64,000 nucleotides of DNA from Candidatus Nanohaloarchaea archaeon (GTDB taxonomy: Archaea > Nanohalarchaeota > Nanosalinia > Nanosalinales > Nanosalinaceae): assembly GCA_013343275.1 (NCBI GenBank), contig CP046106.1:256001-320000 (forward strand). The letters are read 5' to 3'. This document shows positions 19,734 through 29,812 of the stretch, in pieces. Position numbers and translations under genes: made by a program. Positions within the stretch are counted from its first letter, which is position 1, and the number at the start of each line of letters is the position of its first letter. The notes beneath the pieces were generated by a model, which searched no databases, was not told where the DNA came from, and saw only the letters and a program-made list of their open reading frames with translations.

Positions 19734-20987
19734 ATGAAACGAACAACTACACATTCAACGGCTTTCAAGATTGGTCTAACCCTTACGATAATGATTATTG
19801 CTGCAGGACAGGGCCTTTCAGCGCCTCAACTGCAGGACGTCAGCTTTGATCCCGGAGTTATCTCTGCAGGAGACAGAGTCGACATTACGGCCTCGCTTCA
19901 TTACGATATCTACGATGGAGATGAGGAGGAGAAAAATGTGGCGGTATCGTTGAAGCCTGAGAACAGGCTCGCTGAGAGGTATGTAACTATTGAAGATGTT
20001 AACAGCGATAGTATCTTCATCTATCCTGGAGGAGGATGGAATCAGCAGTTCCAGGTCAAGGTTCACGGAGATGCTCCATCCGGAAACTACCGGTTCACAG
20101 TTGAAATTACAGAGACAGGTCAGAACTCAAGTACAACATATGAAGAGGAGTTCATCATGCCTGTTGAGAAAGAAGGCGTGGATCTGACGGCAGATGTTGT
20201 AAAGACCTCGCCAGATACACCTAGGGCAGGTGATAACGATGTTAGACTAGGCCTGAGAGTGTCCAATACTGGTAACAAGGATATCGAGGAGATAAAGGTA
20301 GTCCCGGAGTTTCCTGAAGGCGTTTCCTCTTCAAACGCTATGACAGAGAAGATACTGATCGACAGAATATCCAGGACCGGTTCCGCTAGAGAGCAACTTT
20401 CTGTAGACCTCAGAGACGATCTAAGGCCTGGAGTTTACTGGATTAACCTATCGGCAAGTTATGAGGACACAGAGAGCAACAGTTACAGCGAGAAACTTGA
20501 AATCCCTCTCAGAGTAGAAGGAAGGCCTGACCTCGAAGTCGTAAACTCCAGTATGGAGATGAAAGCAGGATCTACAGCCCAGCTGGAACTGACAGTTCTG
20601 AACACAGGAACTCAGGACGCAGAGGCTGTATCAGCCCGTGTTATCGCACAGAGATCTCAGCCTTTCTCACTGGCAGACAGATCAAACTATATCGGCGAGA
20701 TAAAGCCTGGAGAGAAAGGAAAAGCAGTACTCAGTATCTCCTCAGACAGGTCGGCATCACTGAAAGAGCATCAGCTAAAGATAGAGCTGAGAGCAAACGG
20801 AGACTCTGAAGAAGGCGACAACTCGGTCTATACCTTTACCGAAAACGTCGATGTGAGACTGGAGGATAGAGCCAGATCACCGCTCATCTATATTGGAACA
20901 GCAACAGCGCTTCTACTGCTGACGATAGGCCTTTTCAGGCACTTCCATGGAAGAAAAGATGACTCTGAAGGAGGTGAATCCCAGTGA
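19734..20987 (+). CDS. COG1361 S-layer-domain/Ig-fold membrane-anchored protein
   Basis: Signal peptide, repeated NTG..A Ig-like units, C-terminal TM. Confidence 0.8.
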   Translation: MKRTTTHSTAFKIGLTLTIMIIAAGQGLSAPQLQDVSFDPGVISAGDRVDITASLHYDIYDGDEEEKNVAVSLKPENRLAERYVTIEDVNSDSIFIYPGGGWNQQFQVKVHGDAPSGNYRFTVEITETGQNSSTTYEEEFIMPVEKEGVDLTADVVKTSPDTPRAGDNDVRLGLRVSNTGNKDIEEIKVVPEFPEGVSSSNAMTEKILIDRISRTGSAREQLSVDLRDDLRPGVYWINLSASYEDTESNSYSEKLEIPLRVEGRPDLEVVNSSMEMKAGSTAQLELTVLNTGTQDAEAVSARVIAQRSQPFSLADRSNYIGEIKPGEKGKAVLSISSDRSASLKEHQLKIELRANGDSEEGDNSVYTFTENVDVRLEDRARSPLIYIGTATALLLLTIGLFRHFHGRKDDSEGGESQ

Positions 20988-21172
20988 GAAGCAAGAAAAA
21001 ATTCATGAGAAGGCTCGCAGGCACAACGATCCTGACAGGATTCATCGGCGGATGGTTTGTCCACCCATACTTCTATCTAATCGATGCCTTTGTAGGCCTC
21101 AACATGTGGCAGAGCAGCTTTACAGATTTCTGCCCGCCTGAAATGTTCTACGAGGAATATATCGCGGAATAA
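20984..21172 (+). CDS. YgaP/DUF2892 small membrane protein
   Basis: R.LAG...FVGLN..QS.FT.FCP signature. Confidence 0.85.
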   Translation: MRSKKKFMRRLAGTTILTGFIGGWFVHPYFYLIDAFVGLNMWQSSFTDFCPPEMFYEEYIAE

Positions 21173-21202
21173 ATTTTTCTGTTCTCTTCTTTTTCATCTC
21201 CT

Positions 21203-21886
21203 TTATTTTTCCGGGAACTCTGAGAGCTCTCCGTCTTCCAGCCATATCACTCTATCAGCTTCTTTTCCGAGTTCTTTCTCGTGGTTGACAGTGATTACCG
21301 TCTGTCCCTGTTCAGCTAGATCTCTGTAGAGCTGCATCATCTTTTCTGAGACCTCTGTATCCAGCTGGGAAGTTGATTCATCCGCCAGCAATATTTCAGG
21401 TTCTCCAGCGAGAGCTCTGGCTACAGCCACTCTCTGCCTCTGTCCTCCCGAGAGTTCATCCGGGGAATGTTTCATCCTGTCGCTCAGGCCTACTTTTTCA
21501 AGAGCTTCTCTTGCTCTCTCTTTTGCCTCTGAGTCAGGTACGCCATCAAGTGTTAGAGGAAGGTATACCTGTTCCAGGCTGTTAAATCCTTTCAGCAGTG
21601 AGTAGAACTGGAATACGAAACCTATTTTCTCAAGCCTGAACTCTGATTTTTCATCCTCAGTCATACTTGATGTATTGGTGCCATCGACCGTGATTTCTCC
21701 ACTGGAAGGATCATCTAATAGGCCTATCAGATGCATTAAAGTGGACTTTCCAGAACCAGAAGGACCCATTATCGATACAAACTCCCCTTTCTCTATATCG
21801 ATACTTACGTCTTTCAAGGCCTCCACCTCTACTTCTCCCATGCTGTATATCTTCGACAGGTCTTCAGTTTTGATTGCGTAGTTCAT
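21203..21886 (-). CDS. ABC transporter ATP-binding protein (LolD/MacB type)
   Basis: GPSGSGKST, LSGGQRQRVA, LLADE. Confidence 0.95.
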   Translation of the reverse strand: MNYAIKTEDLSKIYSMGEVEVEALKDVSIDIEKGEFVSIMGPSGSGKSTLMHLIGLLDDPSSGEITVDGTNTSSMTEDEKSEFRLEKIGFVFQFYSLLKGFNSLEQVYLPLTLDGVPDSEAKERAREALEKVGLSDRMKHSPDELSGGQRQRVAVARALAGEPEILLADESTSQLDTEVSEKMMQLYRDLAEQGQTVITVNHEKELGKEADRVIWLEDGELSEFPEK

Positions 21887-23061
21887 CGGTTCTCGATCGT
21901 CTCGACTATCTCGGTTTTTGAAGCAAGATATGCAGGTACGAAGCCTGCTACCACGGAAGCTGCTACCATCCAGGCACTCCTTGTCAGCAGCAGGTTCGGT
22001 GAGATTCTCGTTGATATGGTCCCTACAGGCGAGTTTATCGGGTGGGAGGTGAGGAAAGAGTTTATCCCCAGCGTGAGCACGTTGCCGATCACTACTCCGG
22101 TCAGGCCGAAGATGAAGGCTTCCAGCACGAATATCTCCAGCACTCTCCTCTCCTTTGCTCCCACCGCCCTTACGATACCCATTTCCCTTACTCTCTTGCT
22201 GGTGTTGATGAATATGACGACGCCTATCGCCGCGAGAGCCACTATCAGGCCTACTATGGAAAGCACGTTGATCACTATAGCGAATGTTCCGGAGATTCCC
22301 TCCGCCATGTTTGACTGTTCTCTCCAGGTCTTGATCTCTCCCTGCGTGTTTAAGGCCTGGAGTCGCTTCTTGAAGTTGTCTGATGCTTCCCTGTCTTCAA
22401 GTATCACTTTGATCTTGCTGGCTCTGTTTTCGACTCCCAGCATCTGCTCTGCCTGTTCAAATGTTACGTATATCTTCTTGGACATGCCCGCTATCCCGCC
22501 TTTCGTGCCTATAACACCTCTAACCTTGAACTCGCGGCTGAAGTTCTCACCTTTTAGAGTGAGTATCTGACCGCGGTCGATTCCTAGGCCTTCGATTCCT
22601 CTTTTCTCGCTTTCAGCTGCGATAAATCTTCCTATAACTGTCTCATCGGAGTCCTCCTTCAGGAAGCTCCCGGATATCATCTTGGAGGTGTATCCTTCAA
22701 AATCTGGGGAGTCCGTACCTTTCACAGTTATGTGCGCTACTTCTCCACTGTAGACAGCGGAGGCCCTGAAGGTCAGGACTTTCTCCACATTCTCCACTCC
22801 AGCGAGCCTTGAAATCCTGTTCACCAGGGCCTCAGGGTTCTCAAGGTATCCTTCTTCCGCCTCAACTGCGGCGTGACCTGTCTGACCCTCTATCAGGCCT
22901 TCGGTGAAGGTATGGCTGAGGCCGGTGATGAATGCAGGGAAGAAGACCAGGTTCAGGAAGGCGAAGCTGAGCATCACCACAACTATCAAGGAAACTTTCT
23001 TGTCCTCGAATATGTCTCTCTTCGCCAGTTTCCAGACGAACTTCGCCTTGTGCAGCTTCAT
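21883..23061 (-). CDS. ABC transporter permease (FtsX/MacB type)
   Basis: REMGIVRAVGA, GFVPAY; 4 TM. Confidence 0.92.
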   Translation of the reverse strand: MKLHKAKFVWKLAKRDIFEDKKVSLIVVVMLSFAFLNLVFFPAFITGLSHTFTEGLIEGQTGHAAVEAEEGYLENPEALVNRISRLAGVENVEKVLTFRASAVYSGEVAHITVKGTDSPDFEGYTSKMISGSFLKEDSDETVIGRFIAAESEKRGIEGLGIDRGQILTLKGENFSREFKVRGVIGTKGGIAGMSKKIYVTFEQAEQMLGVENRASKIKVILEDREASDNFKKRLQALNTQGEIKTWREQSNMAEGISGTFAIVINVLSIVGLIVALAAIGVVIFINTSKRVREMGIVRAVGAKERRVLEIFVLEAFIFGLTGVVIGNVLTLGINSFLTSHPINSPVGTISTRISPNLLLTRSAWMVAASVVAGFVPAYLASKTEIVETIENR

Positions 23062-23065
23062 GGAA

Positions 23066-24166
23066 TCACTCCTGCTTTTTTCTCCAGTAATATGTTCCTC
23101 CGACCAGCAGGACAGCCAGAACCCCTAGAATCGGTATCTTATCAGTTCTCTTTCGGGAGGCACTGATTTCAAATGATTGAGTGGCTTGTTCTTCCTTTGA
23201 GTCGGTGTAGCTTATTTCTACAGTACAGTTAACTTCGCCAGAGTTCGGTATCACCTGGTAGACTGTCGGAACGCTTTCCCCGGAGTCCAGTGATCCTGCG
23301 AACGCCTTTGAGTCCTGTACTTTGGCGTTTTTGCATGAGAGTTTTGAGGAAAGTTTCTCGGCCTCGCCAGGCCCTGTGTTCTCGAGTTCAACCATTACCC
23401 GTGTGTCCGATCCCATGTATGCCTCTTCTGTTTGGATCTGTGAAACTGTTATCTCTGCGTTTTCCTGTATGTATACCGAGCTGGAGGCTTTTTCCACATC
23501 TTTTCTGCTCTCGTCTCTGTACTCGGAGGTTATCTGAATATCATGAGTGCCTGAAGAGATCGCATCTGATGTTCGGATGCTTATATTTTTTACCGCGGTT
23601 TCTTCAGGCCTTAATGATCCGAGGTACATCTTTGAAGGATCAAAACTGGTGCTGGGCATTGAAAATGTTACCGATATCTGGGAGGCGGTATCTGTTCCGG
23701 TGTTTCTTATCTTCAGTGATGCTTCAGAGTCTTTTCCCTGTACTATTCCGGTGGTGTTTATCGAGATAAACAGATTAGGTTCTCCATCCACTACAATCGA
23801 AAAGGTTTCTTCCTGGCCGAATCCTGTATTGTAGGACGAGTCAGGTTCCAGATCTATTTTGTAGGTTCCGGAAGCTGTTCCCTCTTCTACCTTGATCTTG
23901 AAGGTTCTTTCAACGCTACAGTCAGCGCAAAGCTCTGTAAGGCCTTCATCAGGCTGGTTTATTACCTTGAACCCTTCCGGAAGATTTAATGTCAGAGGCT
24001 TGTATGTTGCGGACTCGTATTCTGAATTATGTATGGTAGCCTGAACAGTAAAGGTGTTTCCCGGCTTTACTTTTGCCTTTGAGATGTCGCTGATAGTTGT
24101 TGAGGCCATTGCAGAGCTGGAGACTGCCAGAAGGAGGGATGTAATCAAGACGACTTTCGCATTCAT
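23066..24166 (-). CDS. COG1361 S-layer-domain protein
   Basis: Signal peptide, NTG repeats, C-terminal TM followed by a basic tail. Confidence 0.78.
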   Translation of the reverse strand: MNAKVVLITSLLLAVSSSAMASTTISDISKAKVKPGNTFTVQATIHNSEYESATYKPLTLNLPEGFKVINQPDEGLTELCADCSVERTFKIKVEEGTASGTYKIDLEPDSSYNTGFGQEETFSIVVDGEPNLFISINTTGIVQGKDSEASLKIRNTGTDTASQISVTFSMPSTSFDPSKMYLGSLRPEETAVKNISIRTSDAISSGTHDIQITSEYRDESRKDVEKASSSVYIQENAEITVSQIQTEEAYMGSDTRVMVELENTGPGEAEKLSSKLSCKNAKVQDSKAFAGSLDSGESVPTVYQVIPNSGEVNCTVEISYTDSKEEQATQSFEISASRKRTDKIPILGVLAVLLVGGTYYWRKKQE

Positions 24167-24185
24167 ATCTAACAGGTTCTTGATC

Positions 24186-24215
24186 CTAACTTATAAAGTT
24201 AGTGAGGACTAACTT
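24186..24215. promoter_or_regulatory. overlapping palindromes, probable TetR operator
   Basis: AAGTTAGT-GAGG-ACTAACTT (24196-24215) and CTAACTT-ATA-AAGTTAG (24186-24202) in the divergent intergenic region. Confidence 0.7.
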
Positions 24216-24221
24216 AGTGGT

Positions 24222-24809
24222 ATGGGTGAGAGAAAGACTTCCGAGGAACGCCGCGAACAGATACTTGAGACAGCACTTGAGATCCTTCATGAGGAAGGAA
24301 GATCCCGCCTGACTGTCGGAAGAATTGCTGAAAAAATCAGTATTTCCGAGGCCGCAGTGTACAGACACTTCGACTCCAAGGAGGAGATTATCAGAAAGAT
24401 GGCGGAGAAAGTTTTCTCGATAGAGCTAGTCGATCCTGAGGAGCTGAGCTTTGAGGCGCCTAAAGAGCTTCTTGAGGAGATAATTAGAGGGATTTTCGCT
24501 AAACTTGAAGAGGACAGAAAGATCGCCTCAGTACTGTTCCACGACGAACTATTTACAGAGTATCCAGAAGTGGAGGAAATATTCAGAGAACACAGAAAAG
24601 AGAAGAAGGAGAAGCTGAAGAACCTCGTGATCATGGGAAAGACATCAGGCCTGTTTAACGAAGAAGTTGATCCTGACACGTTCGCAAGAACTATGATGGG
24701 CAGCATCAGGATAACAGTGCTTGAATGGAGAGATGCTGAATTCTCTCACTCTCTGGAAGAAGAAGTAAGGCCTCTTGCACAGCATCTGGCAAAAATTCTC
24801 CAGAACTGA
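24222..24809 (+). CDS. TetR/AcrR family regulator
   Basis: ILETA...LTVGRIA..ISISEAAVYRHFDSKEEI. Confidence 0.95.
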   Translation: MGERKTSEERREQILETALEILHEEGRSRLTVGRIAEKISISEAAVYRHFDSKEEIIRKMAEKVFSIELVDPEELSFEAPKELLEEIIRGIFAKLEEDRKIASVLFHDELFTEYPEVEEIFREHRKEKKEKLKNLVIMGKTSGLFNEEVDPDTFARTMMGSIRITVLEWRDAEFSHSLEEEVRPLAQHLAKILQN

Positions 24810-24848
24810 GTTTATCTAGTATATTTATACAAAACTATTTAAATTTGC

Positions 24849-25169
24849 ATGCATGAGTGTGCACATATGCAAGTTTTCAAGGCGCTTTCGAGCGACACCC
24901 GGCTCCACGTGTTAGAGCTTATCATGGAGCATGAGCCGGTATGCATCTGTGAACTAGACGAGACGTGTCCACGCGATCGATCCGTGATCTCTCGCCACAT
25001 CAAGAAACTGGACGAGGCAGGAGTGATAGAGACTGAGAAAGACGGGAGAAAGCTTATCTCGACAATTCCGCAGAGAGAAGCAGTCGAAAATCTACTAGAA
25101 GCCAAGGAGGTGCTAGAAGATGAAGATTCAGATTCTGGGAAGAGGATGTCCAAAATGCAAGAAGCTTGA
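24849..25169 (+). CDS. ArsR/SmtB family regulator
   Basis: FKALSSDTRL, CICEL, SVISRHIKKL; true start may be 24867. Confidence 0.9.
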   Translation: MHECAHMQVFKALSSDTRLHVLELIMEHEPVCICELDETCPRDRSVISRHIKKLDEAGVIETEKDGRKLISTIPQREAVENLLEAKEVLEDEDSDSGKRMSKMQEA

Positions 25170-25389
25170 GAAAAACGCTGAAAACGCACTGGAGCAGATG
25201 AAGGAGAACGCTGAAGAAGCATCCGAAGGCCTCGAAAATGTTGAGATCGAGAAAGTATACGATCTGCAGGAAGCCAGCAAGATGGGCCTGATGTCTGCAC
25301 CAGGCCTTGCGATCGACGGCGAGCTCAAGAAGCAGGGCAGCGTCCTTAAACCCGATGAGATCAGGGAAGTCATACAGCAGGAAGCATGA
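25120..25389 (+). CDS. small redox-active disulfide protein (thioredoxin-like, MTH895 type)
   Basis: MKIQILG.GCPKC, MSAPGLAIDG. Confidence 0.9.
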   Translation: MKIQILGRGCPKCKKLEKNAENALEQMKENAEEASEGLENVEIEKVYDLQEASKMGLMSAPGLAIDGELKKQGSVLKPDEIREVIQQEA

Positions 25390-26291
25390 TCTCTTCACTC
25401 TCCTCTCTCCTTCTTTCGCTCGGAGTACCGCAGTCGATAGCCGGAGTCATATCCTTCTGGATCTTCGACTCCGTTAAGATACTGGCTTTGATGTCCGTAC
25501 TGTTCTTCGGCCTGAACTATCTGAGGACATACCTGACTCCGCAGAAGATCAGCGAGTACCTCGACAGGCACAAGTCTGTCCAGTACCCCTTGGCATCGGT
25601 TTTCGGAACGCTCTCGCCTTTTTGCTCCTGTTCCACGATACCACTCTTCATGGGTTTCCTGCGCGCAGGAGTCTCTATAGGCCCTACACTAACCTTCCTG
25701 CTGACCTCTCCGATAGTCAACCTTGTGGCGATACCGATACTCTGGACTGCCTTCGGCTGGAAGATAACACTGCTCTACACCGCGGTAGGCCTCACGATCA
25801 GCATGATAGCCGGTTACTCGCTCGAGAAACTTGGCTTCGAGAAAAACATCGAGAGAGGAGACGTCGCCGAGACAGAAGTAGACAACAGATGGAAGGAAGC
25901 GTACAGAGACACCTACGACCAGATGAAAAGATTCACTCCTTATGTCCTGGTAGGAACAGCTCTTGGAGCGTTGATCCACGGCTACCTGCCCACTGATTTG
26001 CTGAAGAGGTACGCCTCCACGGTCTGGGCGGTGCCTGTAGCGGTATTGCTGGCGGTACCGGTCTACACCAACATCTTCGCCGTCATACCGGTAGTTGAAT
26101 CACTGATGGAGAAAGGCCTTCCTGTCTCGGTAGCTGTCACCTTCATGATGGCGGCAGCAGGCCTTTCACTCCCCGAATTCATAATGCTGAAGGATGTCAT
26201 GGACAACAAGATGCTCGCGGCATTGATAGGAGTGGTTACGGCAGTCATAATTCTTACTGGATATCTGATCGCGGCAGTACCGAGTCTCTAG
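25386..26291 (+). CDS. ArsP/DUF318 family permease
   Basis: PFCSCSTIP, FLLTSP, LSLPE; in an operon with ArsR and a thioredoxin-like gene. Confidence 0.9.
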   Translation: MISSLSSLLLSLGVPQSIAGVISFWIFDSVKILALMSVLFFGLNYLRTYLTPQKISEYLDRHKSVQYPLASVFGTLSPFCSCSTIPLFMGFLRAGVSIGPTLTFLLTSPIVNLVAIPILWTAFGWKITLLYTAVGLTISMIAGYSLEKLGFEKNIERGDVAETEVDNRWKEAYRDTYDQMKRFTPYVLVGTALGALIHGYLPTDLLKRYASTVWAVPVAVLLAVPVYTNIFAVIPVVESLMEKGLPVSVAVTFMMAAAGLSLPEFIMLKDVMDNKMLAALIGVVTAVIILTGYLIAAVPSL

Positions 26292-26390
26292 AGACTAGCA
26301 AGGTGTCACATCTTCGCCAGTTTCTCTCTTTTTCTCGCTTTAACCAGGTCAATCTATTGCTTTATAACTCAGTTAGGCCAAAAGCTGCTT

Positions 26391-26618
26391 ATGGAAAAGA
26401 ACGTAGGTGACACGGACCGCAAGATAAGAATGGCTCTGGGGACTATCCTAGTTGCGCTGGGAGCAGCAGGGTATGCAGGAGTAATCCCTATAGCTAACGT
26501 TGCACCGCAGGCTCTGACCTCGGTGGCCTTAACGGTTGTAGGTATAGTGCTTCTGGTTACAGGTTACACCAGCAAGTGCGCGCTTTACTCCGCTCTGAGA
26601 ATCGATACCTCGGAGTAG
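26391..26618 (+). CDS. DUF2892 membrane protein
   Basis: MEKNVG.TDR.IR...C.LY..L.I.T. Confidence 0.88.
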   Translation: MEKNVGDTDRKIRMALGTILVALGAAGYAGVIPIANVAPQALTSVALTVVGIVLLVTGYTSKCALYSALRIDTSE

Positions 26619-26658
26619 ATTAGCCGATCTCTAGGTCTCCACTTTTTTGATCTTTGAG

Positions 26659-27024
26659 TCAGGTCACCCAGGCCTCTTCTTTTTCTCCTTCTCTGAGGTT
26701 GTCTCGGCCCCACTCTATCATGTCTTCGACAAGTGGCAGAAGCTTTTCGCCGAACTCTGTCAGTTCGTATGTGATCTTCACCGGTTTCTCATCCTCTACC
26801 TTCCTGTTGATTATGCCCTGTTCCTGCATTCTATCGAGGTTGTCGGAAAGAGTTTTGTTGGTGATACCTCCGATCTCATCCTTTAACTGGTTGAAACGTA
26901 CTTCTTCATTGTCTCCTACATGGAAGACAATTACCGGCACCCATTTGTGGCCCAGAATTTTTGAAGTAGATTTCAATGCACACCACTCTCCTCCTTTACA
27001 CCATACAGGAATTCTATCAGTCAT
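26659..27024 (-). CDS. HxlR-family winged-HTH regulator
   Basis: ILGHKW, RFNQL, ITNKTLS..L, YELTEFG; start at 27024 follows GAGGAGG. Confidence 0.9.
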   Translation of the reverse strand: MTDRIPVWCKGGEWCALKSTSKILGHKWVPVIVFHVGDNEEVRFNQLKDEIGGITNKTLSDNLDRMQEQGIINRKVEDEKPVKITYELTEFGEKLLPLVEDMIEWGRDNLREGEKEEAWVT

Positions 27025-27140
27025 CAGGTATCCTCCTCGAAACCTCGTGTAAAGGTACACACTCCGGCCTTTAATATCTTCTGTAAATCAGGTATAGATA
27101 TGAAACTAATTTTGAGAGTCGGAGACGGAGGTAGAGAAAT

Positions 27141-27950
27141 ATGAGCGAAAATGAAGGTATCAAACTGGAGTTCACTGCAAAACAGGCTACTATTCTGTCC
27201 CTTGCATTAGGCCTTTTGGTTGGTGGTTTCGGAGGTTTTGCTTTAGGGACTGTAAGTGCTTCTCCAGCCGAGAGAGCCACAGTGACAGATAATTCACAGA
27301 ATACTAACTCGGATAGCGGTAGCGGTGATTCTACCAGCCTGGTAAGCCTGGAAGGTATAGAGTTCAAGGGAGAACCTGATCTCGGTAATGAAAGTGCCCC
27401 GATCAAGGTAGTGGAGTACACCGAGTTCGGATGTCCGTTCTGCTCGGAATGGGAAGGCTATGATGCGTCTTCCAGGATTCCTATAGATCGGTGGAACGTC
27501 AAAAAGAACCTGGTACAGGAGTATGTGGAGACAGGAGAAGTAGAGTTTATTCAGAAGAACTGGCCACAACCAAGACTGCACCCTAACTCTATTAAAGGCC
27601 ACAAGATCGCAAACTGCGTCTACAGGAATGCTAACGAATCCAAGTACTGGGATTATCAGGGCCAGCTGTTTGACCGTAGAGCTCAGTGGATGAAAGGAGG
27701 ACAGGACAATCCAAAACAGACATTCAGGCAGATCTCCAACGATCTCGGCCTTGATACGGAAACTATCCTGAGCTGTTACAACTCCTCGAACGCAGAGGAG
27801 GCCAAGGAAGATCAGAATGCATTGACAAGACAGATCGGAAGGATAGGCACGCCGACATTCTTTATCGGAAACAGAGAGCAGGGATTCATCAAAATCTCGG
27901 GCGCTCAACCTCTTTCAAGATTTAGAGAAGCAATTCAGAGATTCCAGTAA
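27141..27950 (+). CDS. membrane-anchored DsbA-family oxidoreductase
   Basis: EYTEFGCPFC, GTPTFFI, GAQP. Confidence 0.9.
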   Translation: MSENEGIKLEFTAKQATILSLALGLLVGGFGGFALGTVSASPAERATVTDNSQNTNSDSGSGDSTSLVSLEGIEFKGEPDLGNESAPIKVVEYTEFGCPFCSEWEGYDASSRIPIDRWNVKKNLVQEYVETGEVEFIQKNWPQPRLHPNSIKGHKIANCVYRNANESKYWDYQGQLFDRRAQWMKGGQDNPKQTFRQISNDLGLDTETILSCYNSSNAEEAKEDQNALTRQIGRIGTPTFFIGNREQGFIKISGAQPLSRFREAIQRFQ

Positions 27951-28498
27951 TGACTATAGAAATCACTGTAAACCCAAAAATCACTGTAAACCCAAGGAGA
28001 TGGCCAGAAGGATTTAAGCAAGGTCTTGAAGGAGCCTCCCGTAACTGGAAGAGGGCTATAGGTGCCTCCTCTGTCGGCCTCTCTGCTTTCCTTCTTACTG
28101 TTTTCTCTTCGAGTCCCGAGTACTCAATGCAGATGCTTTCCTCAGGGATAAAGTACTGGAGCCTGGCCTTTTCAACACGGCTCTCAGGACTTCTAGCTAC
28201 CTCAGGTTATACAGGTCTTTCACTAACACTTCTGTTCTCGGCTCTTGTGGGCGTTACAATGACAAACACAGCAGTACAGCTGAGAAGAAACAGGCTAGAT
28301 TTCAGCAGTATAGGAGCTCTTCCAGGGTTTCTGGCCGGAGGATGTGCCTCCTGTGGTGTCGGAGTTCTCTCACTCCTTGGATTCGGAGGAGTACTTGCCT
28401 CCATGCCATATGAAGGAAATCTTCTCAGACTCGGAGGAGCACTCTTGCTGGCAGGACTGATCACAAGGACAGGAAATCCTGATACATGCAAAATCTAG
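27950..28498 (+). CDS. membrane protein with GCASCG motif (DsbA partner)
   Basis: Hydrophobic; CxxC motif; TAATG coupling to dsbA. Confidence 0.75.
   Translation: MTIEITVNPKITVNPRRWPEGFKQGLEGASRNWKRAIGASSVGLSAFLLTVFSSSPEYSMQMLSSGIKYWSLAFSTRLSGLLATSGYTGLSLTLLFSALVGVTMTNTAVQLRRNRLDFSSIGALPGFLAGGCASCGVGVLSLLGFGGVLASMPYEGNLLRLGGALLLAGLITRTGNPDTCKI
27960..27995 (+). repeat. 18-bp tandem duplication in frame
   Basis: AAATCACTGTAAACCCAA occurs twice, giving EITVNPKITVNP. Confidence 0.85.
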
Positions 28499-28633
28499 AT
28501 AGATAATTACTTACTTCGAACCATTAAGACCTTATCTAGGAGTTGTTTCAACGGTGCTGATTTGGTTCTTCGTCTACAGGGATTTCCTAAAGAAAGAATA
28601 AAAATTATCAAGAAAGGCGATGAAGGCTTGTAG

Positions 28634-29059
28634 TTATTCTAGTTTCAGTTTTACAGGTGTTTCATGGCTGATGTTATCTCTAACAGGGCATCTCTGCTCT
28701 ACTTTCTCGAACAGTTCTCTTTCAGTCTCTAGATCTGCATCTGTCTCTGCATCGATATTCATTTCTATCTGCTGGAACCCTGCTCTTTCATCGGTGTCCT
28801 CGCCCTGGAACTTAGCGGGGTTAAGCTCTCCTGAGGCCTTTATCTCCAGATTTTCAATCTCTACACCCATTTCATCTGCCACGACATGGGCCACTACATT
28901 GAAGCATCCTGTTAATGCCCCTAGTTCGTATTCTACTGGAGTAGGTGCTGAACCTGTGCCTCCGTGGGCCTCTGGCTCGTCTATTTCGAAGCTGTAACCT
29001 CTAACGTTTACCTCTACTTTTGTCGGATTCTTGCTCTCTGCATTTACATCAGATTTCAT
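28634..29059 (-). CDS. OsmC family protein
   Basis: DEP..GG...PTP.E..LGAL.GC...RCPV; start placed at MKSDVN. Confidence 0.92.
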   Translation of the reverse strand: MKSDVNAESKNPTKVEVNVRGYSFEIDEPEAHGGTGSAPTPVEYELGALTGCFNVVAHVVADEMGVEIENLEIKASGELNPAKFQGEDTDERAGFQQIEMNIDAETDADLETERELFEKVEQRCPVRDNISHETPVKLKLE

Positions 29060-29159
29060 TAATTGAAACTGGAGATAGGCTGTTTTTATCAGATCTGGTA
29101 ATAAATTCAAAGAAGTTGAAGAATGTGAATAAAAGAAAGGAAAAATACTGGAAATGCTG

Positions 29160-29405
29160 TTATTCTTCAAGGTTTTCTATTGCTTCCTCAATTTTATCCG
29201 GTCGGTAACCAATCACTGCTTCATCGCCGACGAATACCTGTGGAACTCCTTTCTGACCAGTCTTCTCGATCATTTCACGGGCCTTATCCCTGTCTTCAGC
29301 TACGTTATGTTCCTCAAACTCGTAGTCGTTCTCGTTAAGCCACTGTTTGACTTTTGTGCAGTAAGGACATGTCGGTGTCGAAAAGACTTGTATCTCTGCT
29401 GTCAT
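29160..29405 (-). CDS. glutaredoxin (NrdH/YruB-like)
   Basis: CPYC, GQKGVP. Confidence 0.93.
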   Translation of the reverse strand: MTAEIQVFSTPTCPYCTKVKQWLNENDYEFEEHNVAEDRDKAREMIEKTGQKGVPQVFVGDEAVIGYRPDKIEEAIENLEE

Positions 29406-29445
29406 AGTTTGTGTAAGAGTGTTGAACTTTTATACAGTTTGGGTT

Positions 29446-29775
29446 TCAGAGTTCTTCAAGAACCTCTATCTTTTCCTCTTCCCACTCTCTCATCCTTTCC
29501 TTAACCTTGCTCTTCATCTCATCTTTGTCAGGTACAGAGTAGATGTAGTATCGGCCTCTCTTACCTTCCTCTACCTTGCTCTCCCTCTCGACAAGGCCTG
29601 TGCTCTGAAGCTTGGAGAGGTATCTCTGAACAGTAGAACGATCCTTGCCTAGTTCCTCAGCTATATCCGATGCGCGGGCCTCATTATCGCATAAATAGTA
29701 GAGCACTTCTGTTTCCGAAGATGAAAGATTATACAGCACCTTCAGCAACTGCTTTATCTCGGTTGGACACTTCAT
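29446..29775 (-). CDS. HTH transcriptional regulator (TrmB-like)
   Basis: IAEELGKDRSTVQRYLSKL...GLVER; start placed at MKCPTE. Confidence 0.85.
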   Translation of the reverse strand: MKCPTEIKQLLKVLYNLSSSETEVLYYLCDNEARASDIAEELGKDRSTVQRYLSKLQSTGLVERESKVEEGKRGRYYIYSVPDKDEMKSKVKERMREWEEEKIEVLEEL

Positions 29776-29812
29776 GCAGAAAGTTTGTGCAACAAGATGT
29801 AAAACACTTTTT

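Noticed and set aside
24845-24872. ArsR operator TTGCAT...ATGCAA
   Set aside because: Plausible, but only 6-bp arms overlapping alternative start codons; too weak to list as a feature
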